DNA of 64,000 nucleotides, filler included, from Gonapodya sp. JEL0774 (Eukaryota), in assembly GCA_027604505.1 (NCBI GenBank). It is 42 parts of 42 records of this genome, joined end to end, with 100 filler letters (N's around TTAATTAATTAA, not from the genome) between each part and the next. Parts side by side here need not be neighbours in the genome. Positions count along the whole stretch, not along the records: positions 12,302 to 13,737 come from JADIIX010003153.1; positions 13,838 to 15,273 come from JADIIX010003154.1; positions 15,374 to 16,809 come from JADIIX010003155.1; positions 16,910 to 18,344 come from JADIIX010003156.1; positions 18,445 to 19,878 come from JADIIX010003157.1; positions 19,979 to 21,411 come from JADIIX010003158.1; positions 21,512 to 22,943 come from JADIIX010003159.1; positions 23,044 to 24,475 come from JADIIX010003160.1; 34 more parts are not named here. The stretch is one strand, 5' to 3'. A program made the translations under genes and the position numbers. The notes under the pieces were generated by a model. The model was not told where the DNA came from and did not search any database. It saw only the letters and a program-made list of their open reading frames with translations. Below are positions 13,661 through 26,106 of this stretch, piece by piece. Position 1 is the first letter of the stretch. Each line of letters begins with the position of its first letter.

Positions 13661-14340
13661 GTTAGAGTTGGGATATAAAGGAATGTCACGGCACTGGGTC
13701 TCCCATAAGATAGTCATTGAACTTCATTGGGCGATCGNNNNNNNNNNNNNNNNNNNNNNNNNNNNNNNNNNNNNNNNNNNNTTAATTAATTAANNNNNNN
13801 NNNNNNNNNNNNNNNNNNNNNNNNNNNNNNNNNNNNNGGAATGGTCCCTGCTGCGGCGGCACAGCAGGTGGGACACCCACCGGCGGTGAGCGGGGTATTG
13901 AGTGGGGAGGTCGCACCGCAGATCGGAGCATCTGGAGTAATATCGATGGCGCTAGAGCAACAACAACAGCAAATAGCGGTTGGTAGCACACCGACGGTGG
14001 GAGCAGCACCGACGGCGGTTGGGGGGCATTAGCAGAAGTAATCGAAGCCGAGAATGCGGGAATCAGTTTTGAGGTTGATGGAGGAAACATGTGTACATAA
14101 CATCACAAGTCTGGACGACAATCGGTGAAGGGAGCGGTGAGAATTGTGGTAGGACTAGCGGGAAAACGGTGTATTACACATGATGAGGGTCATGATAGGC
14201 AAAGGGTACATAGGTTTGGGGTTGCGCATCAGGATGATTGTGCCAGCCGAGGTCTTTGTACATGGTAGAGGCAACACACACAAGAAAGGAGTTCAATTCC
14301 AGCATCGGAGGATCGTTAGCACAATCCATCCTCCAAGAAC

Positions 14341-14935
14341 TCACTTTGCGAACTCTACAAATCCATCGATGAGGGTGGGCCACGCGCCATCGGGATCATG
14401 GGAGGAAAGGTCCTCGCCGGCCTGTTTAATAAAGTCGAGCAACTGGTCGACACGACAAAGGCATCTTCGTTGAGGCAACGTTGGGATCCAACCCCTGTAC
14501 ATTGTGGGAATGTCGACCTACCAGGTTCCAAGTGTCCTTGCTAATCGCTCTCTTGTGGTTCTCTCTCACGTACGCGAGCCAGGTCTCGGTAAGAGGCCAT
14601 TTGGAGCTGAGTAGGAGCTGTAGGGTTTTCAGTCAACATGTTGACCAAGAAAACCCACAATCCTGTAGCTTCCAATTTCTAGCTCACCTCCCAGTATGCC
14701 AGAGCTGAATCGAGTGCTATTTGCAATATGTATGCATTACACCAGATGGTTGCAATCAGAAGACGTGTCAAAGTCACTGGCCATCCCACCGACTCACCCA
14801 AACTTTTCTGACCCTCCAGAAGTGCAAACCCAAAAGCAAAGTGGTATATGTCACGAAATTGCTTTTCGTCGTCGAGTTGAGCGCGAAGGTCAGGAAGAAT
14901 GGCACGGATCTTGTCGATTGAGTCCACCCTAAGAA
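14341..14935 (-). CDS. DCN1: DCN1-like cullin neddylation protein (PONY domain), multi-exon fragment
   Basis: VDSIDKIRAILP...QFRDIYHFAFGFA...GQKSLALDSALAYWE, RAISKDTWNLLLDF, HDPDGAWPTLIDGFVEF. Confidence 0.9.
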
Positions 14936-15877
14936 CATCATGCAGTAGGAAAGGATTGAAAGAGCGGTGAAGTGAGAATTTTTGAACAGAGGAGATAACG
15001 GAAGGTATAATGGGAGCAAGCGAGACCGATGAGTCCATTGAACATGTGGAGGAAGGGGAGGTTGACAAAGAGAGGTCAGAGTGTGGTAACCATGCACTAA
15101 GTACGTGCACGTTCTCAATAGAATAAATGAAATGATGAAACTTTCACGTCGATTTTGGGAACCTCCACCGAGCTCAATGTTCCTTGGTCATGAACTGGGA
15201 GTGCAAGTAGTGGGTTTTGAAGGATCACCGATAACAACTACCGAACCTGATCCCGTGACGATTTAGGCGTAGTNNNNNNNNNNNNNNNNNNNNNNNNNNN
15301 NNNNNNNNNNNNNNNNNTTAATTAATTAANNNNNNNNNNNNNNNNNNNNNNNNNNNNNNNNNNNNNNNNNNNNGGAGTATAGCGTATTGGGTGTGGTGTC
15401 TGGCGTCCGCTAGGGGGTCAGGGGTGGGGTGGGTGGGGGTGAGGTGGGAGGTGGATGGAAAATGCAGCATTCCTGAATGCGCAATTCTCACCGTAACCAG
15501 CACCGCCCGTGCCACCGCGGTGTTCTCCTCCCCGATCCGCCGCATCGCATCCCGACCCACCACCTGACTGCCCCACCGATCCACCACCCGACCACCAGAC
15601 TCGACCTGTCACACCTCGAGTCCTCCAGTCCTGAGGGGTGAGTCCGGGGAACGGCGCCGCACGGGGTACAGGACGGCACGGCAAGAAAGGAAAGGAACGG
15701 TGAAGCGGAAGGAGGGTGAGACGCGGGACTCGAAGGGTGGCGAGACAGGGGGAGGGAACATAGAGGCGAGTAAGGACCGGGGGTGGAAGGCCGAGGTTCG
15801 TTGTTTCGGTTGTTCGGTTCTGGGGTCCACCCTGTCGTGATGGGGATTGGTTTTTGTGGGCCGTCTTCGTTGTTCTT

Positions 15878-15922
15878 TCATCCATTCATTCATTCCTTCG
15901 TTCATCCATCCATCCATTCATT
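15878..15922. repeat. Imperfect (CATT/CATC)n microsatellite
   Basis: tcatccattcattcattccttcgttcatccatccatccattcatt. Confidence 0.7.
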
Positions 15923-16909
15923 TTATGTTTTAATTGGTTTTGCTGTCGCGGGGGCATGCCTTTTTGCCATGTCGAGGATGACTCGAGTCGAAAGTGCAAT
16001 TAAACCGCCGCCCTGTCGATGATTGCCTTCGAAGGTCAGATGGCTGTGTCGCGAAAATGCTCACAGAGCTGAAACGGGGGACCATTCTCAAACTGCTGAA
16101 TAGTGCAATACAACAACACATGTAGCTTTTTGGGAGACATTAATTCTTGTACTTTGGTCACTACAAGCTATTATGCTGATTTAATTGTCAAATGACGAAT
16201 GTATAAACTATAAGAGATTTCGTGGATGGGAGCCAATCGTGTTGTGCTTTGGAGGTGTGTACCATTGAGGAGGACCACAGCAGCCGGGATAAGTCAAACC
16301 TCCCTCGCAAGCCACACCACTCAACGCTGTGTCTCCAAGGCAGACCCCACGAGGCCGGCGAGATGCTTCCTATCGCAGAGTTTTTCAAATTAATTAAATC
16401 GGCTCTTGAGAAAAACGCTGCTGATGGATCCGCCGATGCGCGCGACGACGGGACCGCACCGGTCACGGGAATCCCCGGAGCTTGGAAAACAACACGCGTC
16501 CAACCCCACTTGTCTCCATTGGCCTCTCCAATCGGGAGAGAAGACACTCGTGGGTCCACATCGGCAGTTCCCGACAACTGGCAAACCGCGCTCGTGTCAC
16601 CATTCGATGGAGCTGTACTTTCTCAACCAACAGACATGGCGCCCGCGCGGGAATACATTCCCGATCATACAGAGCATTGGCAAACTGCGATCCTTCCTTC
16701 GCCTACCCCATCTCCGGACCCCAAACCAACAAACGAAGTGGTTCCCATCGAAACCGTCAACATCCCTCCCGACAGAGCGGACATATCGGAAGATGTAGCA
16801 GCAAAGGCGNNNNNNNNNNNNNNNNNNNNNNNNNNNNNNNNNNNNNNNNNNNNTTAATTAATTAANNNNNNNNNNNNNNNNNNNNNNNNNNNNNNNNNNN
16901 NNNNNNNNN

Positions 16910-17333
16910 AATACATGAAGGAAGTGCGGTCGTCTGTTCCCAGTGAGATCAATGTGCGTGCCCAGCCCCGAGAGGAGGGTCGGGCAATATTTTCGCACGG
17001 AAATGACGTGCACCCGCCATCAACAATCGTTGTTTCCTTGATTTTTGCATACACCAGCTCGATCTGGAAGCTGTACTCCAGTTTGCTTCTGACCCTGGCC
17101 CCGCCACAGTTGCACTTGCGCAAAGAATCAAACCCCGATTCGTGGTCATGGGAACCAGAGCACTACCACTCATGAAGAGGTGACAGCGCGAATTCACTCA
17201 ATGTAACTAAACGTTCTAACTCACACCAATCGACAGCATGTTTCTGGGTTCCGTTTCCCACTACGTTCTCGAAAACCTTGACCCTTCTATCCCCGTTATC
17301 ATCATCAGAGGTTCCTTGGCGAAATCGAACTGA
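16910..17333 (+). CDS. Universal stress protein (UspA-domain) protein, C-terminal exons
   Basis: Spliced reading DPGPATVALAQRIKPRFVVMGTRALPLMKS|MFLGSVSHYVLENLDPSIPVIIIR-...-stop matches the USP VMGxRx...LGSVS..V....PVxII signature. Confidence 0.8.
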
Positions 17334-17515
17334 CTGGCTTTGGCATACGCAGGGATGCTGAGTGTTGAAATCGCTCTAATAGGTACAACAAAATTTAATA
17401 CGCAGATCAACTGCAATATTGGTGTGATTTTTGAATATAATTGTTCACAGAAAATATGTACTGTGGAGCCATACATGTCGAAGAAATTCAAACATCCTCA
17501 AATTTTATTAGCAAA

Positions 17516-18344
17516 CTAACGCTTTAAACTTGACCTCTTCCCCAAAGGAGGCCCATTGGACCCGCCTTGTTGTGATCTCCCCCCAGATGTCGTGGTCTTA
17601 CTCCTCCCAACCGAAGCCCCTCCCCCACCATGACCCTGCCTCTTCAAAGATTGAGTCCTCCCCGCACCACTCTGCTGTCCAGTACCAGATTTGCTGACGG
17701 CAGGATGGGGAATCATTCCCACAAATTGTAACCAGTCCACAGTCACACACGGATAGACGCTCTTCTCCTTTGACCCCTTCAGGACGATATCCGCTTCGCC
17801 GGGATTCGCCACTTCAATGCCACCGCCAACTTTGATAAGTGTGCGAGCGTAGTGGAGCCAGGAGGATTGGGCTTCGGACTCGAAAGTCGTGGTAAGGAAA
17901 AAGTGTTTGTTATGGAATGGTCTGGCGACGTAGAACCGTGTGAGCAAAGCTGTAAGGAGCTCTACCGTCTAAGCATATACCCACTGTTCGGTAGAGCGGA
18001 AGCACTGGTAGGTGTTTTCATCGAGCCATTGTTTTCTGCAATAGGGACGAAAGAGACTTGAGCTCTGAGGCTCCCATGGTCATTAATCCCGCTGAAACAA
18101 CTCACCCCTCTCCGGATTTTAGAATCCAGTTGTAGTCCTGCACCACCCACTTCCCTGATAATAGCCCCGCAAACGTCTTGAGCGTTTTACTTGCCGGCGG
18201 GGCGACAATGTGTGTCACCGAAGGATCGAAATCTTCAGCGCTTGTATTGACGGTGCCGCCGAGCTCGCGGACAATATCAGAGAGGCGGGCTTTAAGGGGT
18301 AGAGACCAGTTCTCAGGGTCGCTAAAGCCTGTGAATGCGACGAC
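17516..18344 (-). CDS. Tandem BRCT-domain protein, C-terminal fragment
   Basis: VVAFTGF...LSDIVRELGGTVNTSAEDFDPSVTHIVAPPASKTLKTFAGLLSGKW is a typical BRCT. A second BRCT-like unit follows: PFHNKHFFL...TLIKVGGG...VTVDW. Confidence 0.7.
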
Positions 18345-19134
18345 NNNNNNNNNNNNNNNNNNNNNNNNNNNNNNNNNNNNNNNNNNNNTTAATTAATTAA
18401 NNNNNNNNNNNNNNNNNNNNNNNNNNNNNNNNNNNNNNNNNNNNAGTACAATATGGTGCGCATGTGATACGGGCCGATTCGGTGTTGAATTGACCGGACT
18501 TCGAGCGGGCATGGAGCTCGTCGTTGTGAAGGTCAAGGACGACTGGTGCCGGAAGGTGAGGTCTAAAGTGATGTCTTCATCACAAACTCCGACAATCCTG
18601 TATGGTAGTTCTTCTTTGACCCTCGCGTCGCGCTGTCATCCCCCAAAACATCGTGATGTGGCTCTGATTTGATATCCAGGGGTTCACAGCGGAAGTAGGA
18701 TCCAACACTCTCTCAGTGCTGCGGGACCGCGTTCCATCCGCGTTCGCTGCTAGCACAGCGGAATTAATCAACTTGACTGCTAAGAAGGGACAGTAATTGG
18801 GTTGCTGAGATTGTCGGTGTAGGAAGAACGGTGCCTTTGCAGTCGCCGCCCGTATTACAGTTCAAAATGTTATTGTATGATAGAGTGGCAGTAACAGTCT
18901 GGTTCGTAAAACTGAGGGGGATGGTTCTAGGCTTGATCTCAACGGGCAGTTAGGGCAACGGGTAGAAGACTGATGCTGTATGATGTGGACATTCCATTCA
19001 CTTGTCCACATACATAAAATAATACTAGCTATATCCAACGTCGCGATACACAGATCTGCTTCGCAATATCAGAGTTCCGACCCAGCTGTCGGAAACCGTT
19101 TACCACCGGCCCAGCGGAGGCCTGAGTGAACTTT

Positions 19135-19878
19135 TCATTTCCGCCTCACGTTGAGGGACCTATTGCAATACGGACCTGCTTGGTTGAGATGCTGTGAGGT
19201 AGTGATAGGGGCAAAGCGTGGTCAGCGGAGGTACAGGAAGTTGTGAAGGCGGGTGCGATCGGGGAGTTGAGCGGCGTAAAAACGAGAGATCATCAGACAG
19301 GAATCGGAAATGAAAGGTTCCGAATAGCCAAAATAGCGCCATAATATCTATTTGAGTGTTTCGGGGATGCTTGTAGCGATATGTCCACCAATGGGGTCCC
19401 TTCTCGCGAGAGACCCCACTTACCTCTGTGAACTGACTGCTGGTTGAGTAGAACTCTCTCGGCATCTCGTGGATAGATGGTCGACGCGCGCCGTACGATG
19501 AGGAGGTGGTAGCGTAGAGGGGATGGGATGGACTGACCTGCGGGTGGGGAGTGACGTGACAAGGTAAGGTCATGCCTCGTTGGGCGGCAAGATATTATCA
19601 AACAGTTGTTCAGGTGGTTCCACGTTTGTTTTGATCCGACTCTATCAAGAAGAAGTGTGCTTCGAGTCCCAATCCAAACCCAATCATTCTCCAGCCGATT
19701 GGAACGCAATGCAAAACAGCACACCAAAGCATTGAAGTGATCCACCCATTCCCATCTCCAGAAAGCATCAACCTCTCCATGTTGAGAGCGGCTCACAACT
19801 GACTTTGTAGGTCCACAGCGAGGGGTCGTCAAACCGCTCGGGTAACGGCCTTTCGGATTTGTAAACGTCCGACGTCCT
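19135..19878 (-). CDS. PIERCE1/C9orf116 (FAP182)-like axonemal microtubule inner protein; exons 19878-19804, 19537-19424, 19191-19135; 5'-truncated
   Basis: Spliced product RTSDVYKSERPLPERFDDPSLWTYK|VSPSHPLYATTSSSYGARRPSIHEMPREFYSTSSQFTE|HLNQAGPYCNRSLNVRRK-stop matches the PIERCE1 pattern RTSD..LP.RF..P...Y.T....YG.R.P.xHEMP..FY....F...L...G...N..LN. Confidence 0.85.
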
Positions 19879-19987
19879 NNNNNNNNNNNNNNNNNNNNNN
19901 NNNNNNNNNNNNNNNNNNNNNNTTAATTAATTAANNNNNNNNNNNNNNNNNNNNNNNNNNNNNNNNNNNNNNNNNNNNACTTCACAG

Positions 19988-20372
19988 AGTTCCTCGAAAT
20001 CAGCCGCGCCATCGGTTTGGGTTTCATTCTCATGGGTGCAATCGGCTATTTCATCAAGCTCATTCACATCCCCATCATAAACATCATTGTGTGAGTATTG
20101 TGATTCCCCAATGATCTGGACATATCCGACCATCATGATCCTATCATATGGGACGGCGAAATCACCATCGGTGTACTGAGAGTGCTGATAAACCGAAAGC
20201 CGGCTTTGCTTTCAAGGTGTTCATGACGGTAGCTTCTCGGGTAATGATTGGAGCAGTCTCGACGAGAATTCTCGGACGTCCTTTTTCATTTTGGAACACG
20301 CACAGCTGAACCCTTTCTCCCAACATCTAACCGTCTTCTTCTCGGCTTTTTCCCCTCAGTGGTGCTCACTAA
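19988..20372 (+). CDS. SSS1: Sec61 translocon gamma subunit, last two exons (19988-20090, 20360-20372)
   Basis: [42 protein letters not shown]. Confidence 0.93.
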
Positions 20373-20516
20373 GTTCGCACGCAGGGGGCATTTAAACGTT
20401 TTTGAATTTGAGCGGTTGACAATACACAACTCATGTACAGCACGTTTGATACGGAATTAGCGTACAATATCATTAGCAATCATTGCGAGTATCGTAATTT
20501 CTGAACGAAGGCACTG

Positions 20517-21411
20517 ATGCGGAAGCCAACGGCGATCATAAACTCAAAAACAATGAATCAACCTCAGCCAAATCGGTCGAACTTTCTCCCTCCTGCATTC
20601 CTGGGATCTCTTCTGTTCCAGACTTTGCTCCCTTCACTCAACATGGGCGCCGCGTGGGCTCTTCTGGTCATGAATCGTGCGATGCACATCGCAATCGGCC
20701 GCCCACCTCATGGTGGAGAACCTTGGTACAACGAAACAGAGCATGGGGGGACTAATACTATTGGCAACTATTCTGAACCGGTCCATACGTGTCGATTCTG
20801 TCTGGAGTGCTCCTCTCCGCACGCATTCGAGCCTTATCGCTCGGCAACCGATCAACCCCCTGGAATGCCTTTGCCGTTCCTCACGACCTTCTTCGATGGT
20901 TTGCTGTCTCTAGCTGAACTTGTATCTCGTCGAGGTGTGAACTCCGCAGTCACAGAGCGTGATGAACTCTTTTCGCCGTGTCTTTGTCGGGGAACCCAGG
21001 GTTTTGTCCACAGGTCATGTCTGGACCGATGGAGGGCGCATCAAGCAGCGCGTGGCGGAGGCGAGCTAGTGGTGGAACCCGTGGGAGAGGCCGTAGGAGA
21101 TGACAATGAGAGAATCGAGCGACCGGAGCAGATTGAGGGAGGGGGTGATGCGAGAGCCCGCAATGATGCTCTTTCCCTTTTCGGTCGGTGTTCTACATGT
21201 CGCTACGCATTCCGAGTGGAGCGAAAGTACAAAGTGGAGGCGTTGTCATGTCCCGGTAAGTTGCAGTCCATGTCTCCCTATCCAATCATTCATTGCCTAT
21301 GTCGCCTCGTGGCACATCTTCAGCTTTCCGTCTTATGTTCTTCATTGTCATCTGCATCACGCTCCTGATTCCTACGTCTGTTCTCTCAAAACTCCACTTT
21401 ATCGCCCTCAA
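20517..21411 (+). CDS. RING-CH (RINGv/MARCH-type) E3 ubiquitin ligase, 3'-truncated; start uncertain
   Basis: C4HC3 pattern CRFC...LFSPCLCRGTQGFVHRSCLDRWR...CSTC, followed by hydrophobic sequence. Confidence 0.85.
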
Positions 21412-21798
21412 NNNNNNNNNNNNNNNNNNNNNNNNNNNNNNNNNNNNNNNNNNNNTTAATTAATTAANNNNNNNNNNNNNNNNNNNNNNNNNNNNNNNNN
21501 NNNNNNNNNNNCGAATGGGAACAAAACAGGAACAGCGTGTGAAGTGGCACCGACCCGGGCGGCAGGAGTAGTGGTGCATGGACACGTCCACATTATGTAT
21601 GAAATACAATACAGAGATTGGATAATAAAATTACGATGAGCTTGTATCGTGGCTCGTGGTGGTCTTTGGAAAGCTTGCACATTGGAATGCTGCAGTGCGA
21701 CAGGTCAGCTTTCAGTGCTTCAGCGAATCAGATTTCAGTCGTCGGCACTTACTGTAACTCCGCACCGTCAGTGAGATACACAGCACCAACGCGCCAGT

Positions 21799-22943
21799 AT
21801 GGCTGCCTCCACAATCACACTCGCATGTATCCTGCTTGGCGAAAACTCGCCCTTCGAAGTCTCCATCGATCCGTCTTCGTCCGTGTACAGCCTCAAGAAG
21901 ACCATCCGGGCAGAACTCTCACGAAAGTTGTCTGAAATCGCTGCGATGAACCTGGAACTCTGGAAGGTCGACATTCCGTACGAGGCACGAGCTTCCATCA
22001 CAGACGACTCCTTGAAGGAAGCTGACGTGATGGGAGCGTTGGACAAGATTTCCGAATACTTTCAAGAACCCACTGCGAAGGAGCACATCCATGTGGTCGT
22101 CCGTCGACCGCAAGGTTTGTTTTCATTGTGTCTAGACTTGACGTGGAACATTGTCTTTTCTCACCAAAGTACTCCAACCAGCGAACCTGCGAGGACAGGA
22201 AGTGGCATACACGACGAGTGAGACCATGAACGTGTTCCCTTGGAAATGCATTCTCAATGTACATGGTGTAATTTTCAGGGAATACTGCCCATGAAATTGT
22301 GAGCTTCTTCGCTCGAAACCCTGTCACCTCGCTTCCCTCGGCAGATGCACTTCCCAACCTTCTTAACCAACCACTTCCGGAAGATGCGAAGATTCCCATT
22401 CATCAATGGAAGTTGAACCGCTTGTCAGGAGATCACTACTCGCAAATTAGTTCTTGCACTGAGGCGCAGCTGAAGGAATTGTTTCGAGTGGATGATACCA
22501 GTGACATTGAGATCCCAAATACCGTGGACACCGCAATTATTCGCGAACCTCCTCCCGGGTCGACGGAGGCAAGTTTTATTCATTTTTGGGACGACAACAT
22601 TCGGCTCGTGCTGCTGTTTCTCTTTGGACGCGACGCATACACCAGCCGCCATACATCTTACGGCACAAGCACTGGAAAGACGAGACCAGATTTTTATCTC
22701 ATATATCAGAATATATGCGTTTTCCGTGGAGAGGAAATTGAACCTGGCGGCGACGTGCATATACCACGAAATGAGCTATCTGCCAACTTGGAATGGCTCT
22801 ATTGGGATGCACCGTACATGTTTGGTATGTTTGAATTACCTTGCTTTATCTCCGTAATGTTTATGCCAATTACTTTAGGCTACTATGCAATTGGCACAAG
22901 GGTGAATTATGTCGCGATACTAAGTCCCTCTGCTCCAGGGACA
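21799..22943 (+). CDS. Crinkler (CRN)-family protein: ubiquitin-like header plus restriction-endonuclease-like domain; 3'-truncated
   Basis: ITLACILLGE..PFEVSID....VYSLKKTI...LELWKVDIP...ISEYFQEP...HIHVVVRRP (CRN N-terminus); then TEASFIHFWDDNIR...RPDF...CVFRGEE...WLYWDAPYMFGYYA. Confidence 0.88.
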
Positions 22944-24592
22944 NNNNNNNNNNNNNNNNNNNNNNNNNNNNNNNNNNNNNNNNNNNNTTAATTAATTAAN
23001 NNNNNNNNNNNNNNNNNNNNNNNNNNNNNNNNNNNNNNNNNNNACCCGCAGCACACCGTCGTCTCTTCGCGCCCCTTCACCGAATTGGTTGCCGCCCACT
23101 GCTCTTGCCGGAACTCCCCTATTGAATCCTCAAGCGTCACAAACCACCGTTCGTGCCCACATGATGACCGTCTCCCATGCCCAGATCGAAGGAAGTGGCG
23201 GATCGGACGTGGCGTCCTTGCTGAGTCTGTTGCCTCATTCAACGTTCTCGCACAAGACGTTTTTCGAAAGCGCGGTGGAAGGATGGACTATGGTGGCATT
23301 CGTGAGGTGGTACTTGGAGCAGGTGTGTTACAATGGCGTTTGCGCGATAGTTTGGGAAGCGACTGGCCTTAAACTACTCTTCGAACTCTCAGGTCGGTTG
23401 GCCCTGCCTTGATCGCACATCTGTGGAAGAGCACTGGAAAACTAGCTTATCTGACCTTTCTGAGCAACAAATGGATTCTCAAAAAGCGAGAGTGATACAG
23501 AATCTGATGCAATCGTATGAGGTAGGCTGATCCTACGAGCACTTATGCGCCTTCATGGTTGGCTTATCGACTTCTTCTTTTCTGCGATCATGGTGTTTTT
23601 CCGATGTCAGGCTGATCGCACATGTACAGCGTTAGAAAGGTTCTGGTCGCACGTGGACCTACAGCAACAGCAAGATAGATCCAAGAGGATGGCGATGATC
23701 GCAAAAGCTGAAAAGGAAGCTGAACTTGTGAGTTGCTGTGCTCCGTTGACTTTGTAAACGCCGAGATCTCACGCTTGCCCTGCTTTCAGGAGCGCTCGCT
23801 TCTCGAAGCGATCCGCCAAGTCAACCGCCAGGACAGCATTATTCGAGAACGCACCACGCAGTGGGTTGCGCAACTCGCTGCCACTGGTGCTTTACCTGTG
23901 CACCCCACATTCGGGTTGCTAGGTGCCAGTCAAGGAGGAACGGTAGCACCCTTGCAAGGTGGAGTAGGTGCCCATGCGGCGCTGGAGGCGGGCGCCAAGT
24001 AAATGCAGTCTGGAACTCTGAATTAAAAAAAAAAAGAATTGGAGACGGACCGGCCGCAAAGGAACTGGACGTCGTGGATTCAAAGGGAGAGATTGAAGTT
24101 GGACGATGGACCTAGGCGCACGGGAGAGATGGCAGGACAGTCGGCTGGATCACGTGGACAGGGAGAGATGGCAGGCTGTTTGCTTTTTATGCTTCTTTTA
24201 CCCGAGGGACCCTTCCGATTTCCACAATTCTCTTAACTTTCGCTTCTGACATTTCGGATCTTTATTGCACCCCTTTTAGTCCGATAAGCTCGAGCTTTTT
24301 GATTCCCTGCAATGACAAACCCTGAATATCCTCGACAAATTTGTGTGATTCTATGCATGTTTATGGCTGTTGTGGGGCTTTCTTTGGTCACAGTGTTTCT
24401 GTTTTTATGGAGAGAACCCGGTTACCTAAAGCGGTCATGGAGATGAATATCCCGAATAAATTCTTCAAGCATTGCNNNNNNNNNNNNNNNNNNNNNNNNN
24501 NNNNNNNNNNNNNNNNNNNTTAATTAATTAANNNNNNNNNNNNNNNNNNNNNNNNNNNNNNNNNNNNNNNNNNNNCTGCGCCCTGTGGCAGA

Positions 24593-24695
24593 GATGCACG
24601 TGGACTGGCCAATCAGAAACACCAGTGCGCGGGCGAATAATTATTAGAATTCAAAGATTTGCTGTTTCTGATTGATTGGGCAGTCCACGTGCATC
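24593..24695. repeat. Imperfect inverted repeat (arms 24593-24621 and 24663-24695)
   Basis: GATGCACGTGGACTGGCCAATCAGAAACA versus reverse complement of the right arm GATGCACGTGGACTGCCCAATCAATCAGAAACA (1 mismatch plus a 4-nt indel). Confidence 0.85.
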
Positions 24696-25170
24696 CCGGT
24701 AAAGACACACTAGCTGTGCCGGGGAAGTTTGAGTCGGATTGGTTTCGGTTGATCTGAGTACAGCCCGTCCGGGAGGGGGCTTGTTTCGCAACACATCAGA
24801 ATTAAACTGCGATATTGGCTAATTATTTTTTGTTGTGGCAAAATTAGTGTTCCGGTGAGATCGTATTACACCAATGAGGGGGACCCAGACTGAGAATGCT
24901 GGTCAGTGGTGTGTTAGAGATGGAGCCGCAAGGGAAACACGGCCACCCAATCGCCATCAGAATAAAGTCCACTAGGGAAATATGTCGAATGCCGATGGAA
25001 CTGATATCGTTTTGCCCAGTGAACGTTAGGAAGTCGGCGTTCGTTTCAGTCCAAACATGATGATCGCAATGTTTTTCGGAACAAGTTCTCTACCACCTCA
25101 CGCCCAATCAACCGCTCGAAATCGTTCAGCGGATAGCTGAACTCGCTGAAACGGGCGATCTGCAAACCCT

Positions 25171-26006
25171 TTGGATTTTGGCCGACATCTGCGGGGCTCA
25201 CTCGTCGACAAATCCTTCAACTCCGTCGACGGTCTGTCGCGCCGTCGCATTTTCAACTCCATCGCCGCATCGTCCCTTCCTCGCATTCTTATCTGTCGCA
25301 TCCTTGAAACCGACCCCGAGGGAGTAGGGCTTGGCGTCGGTGGTCAACTCCTTTTGGAACTTTTCAGAGGCAAGGCTGCGCGCAGGATTCTACTTCCCGG
25401 CACGCATGGACATCTCCATTATCTGCTTAGCGTTGAGGTCCTTTATCAGGAGGCAGTTGGTTCCAAACTGCAGCAGATGATAAGTAATACGGAAGGGCCT
25501 CAAGTCTCACTTCCACCAAGGATCGTATTTTTACGCGAGCTTCTCTGCACGTGTTTGTTCTCTGTGATGCTTTATGACTGGCGTGCGTTCCTGGAATTTA
25601 TAATTCGAGATTCTGAACTTTGGGAACAGATGGAGAACCCTACATTCACTGAAAGTCTCGACGTAAGGGAGCATTATCCCGACGAAGATCATGCATCGCT
25701 TATCGTGAGAATGTGACACCATTTAATGGTGTTGATGGAGGACTCCAGACAGCCAGACTCTCGGGAAGTTTTCAAAAGAAAGTTGCTCCAACCGCCGGGA
25801 TGCGGCCTCCTGATTTCAGCTGGCAATGCGCACGTCATGAGTGCCCAAACGACAATGTGCTGGTCGATGTGATGAGTCGGAGCGTGAAAAGTACCTGTTG
25901 GGTCTCAAGTCTTGCGCGCAGCGCCGGAAGGTGTGGTACTGCTCCCCGGAATGCCAGAAACAGGACTGGGCTGTCGCGCATAAGAAAGTTTGCAAGCTTT
26001 TCATGG
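25171..26006 (+). CDS. MYND zinc-finger protein (exon structure uncertain)
   Basis: QCAGRC...KSCAQRRKVWYCSPECQKQDWAVAHKKVCK; upstream 181-codon ORF. Confidence 0.7.
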
Positions 26007-26106
26007 NNNNNNNNNNNNNNNNNNNNNNNNNNNNNNNNNNNNNNNNNNNNTTAATTAATTAANNNNNNNNNNNNNNNNNNNNNNNNNNNNNNNNNNNNNN
26101 NNNNNN

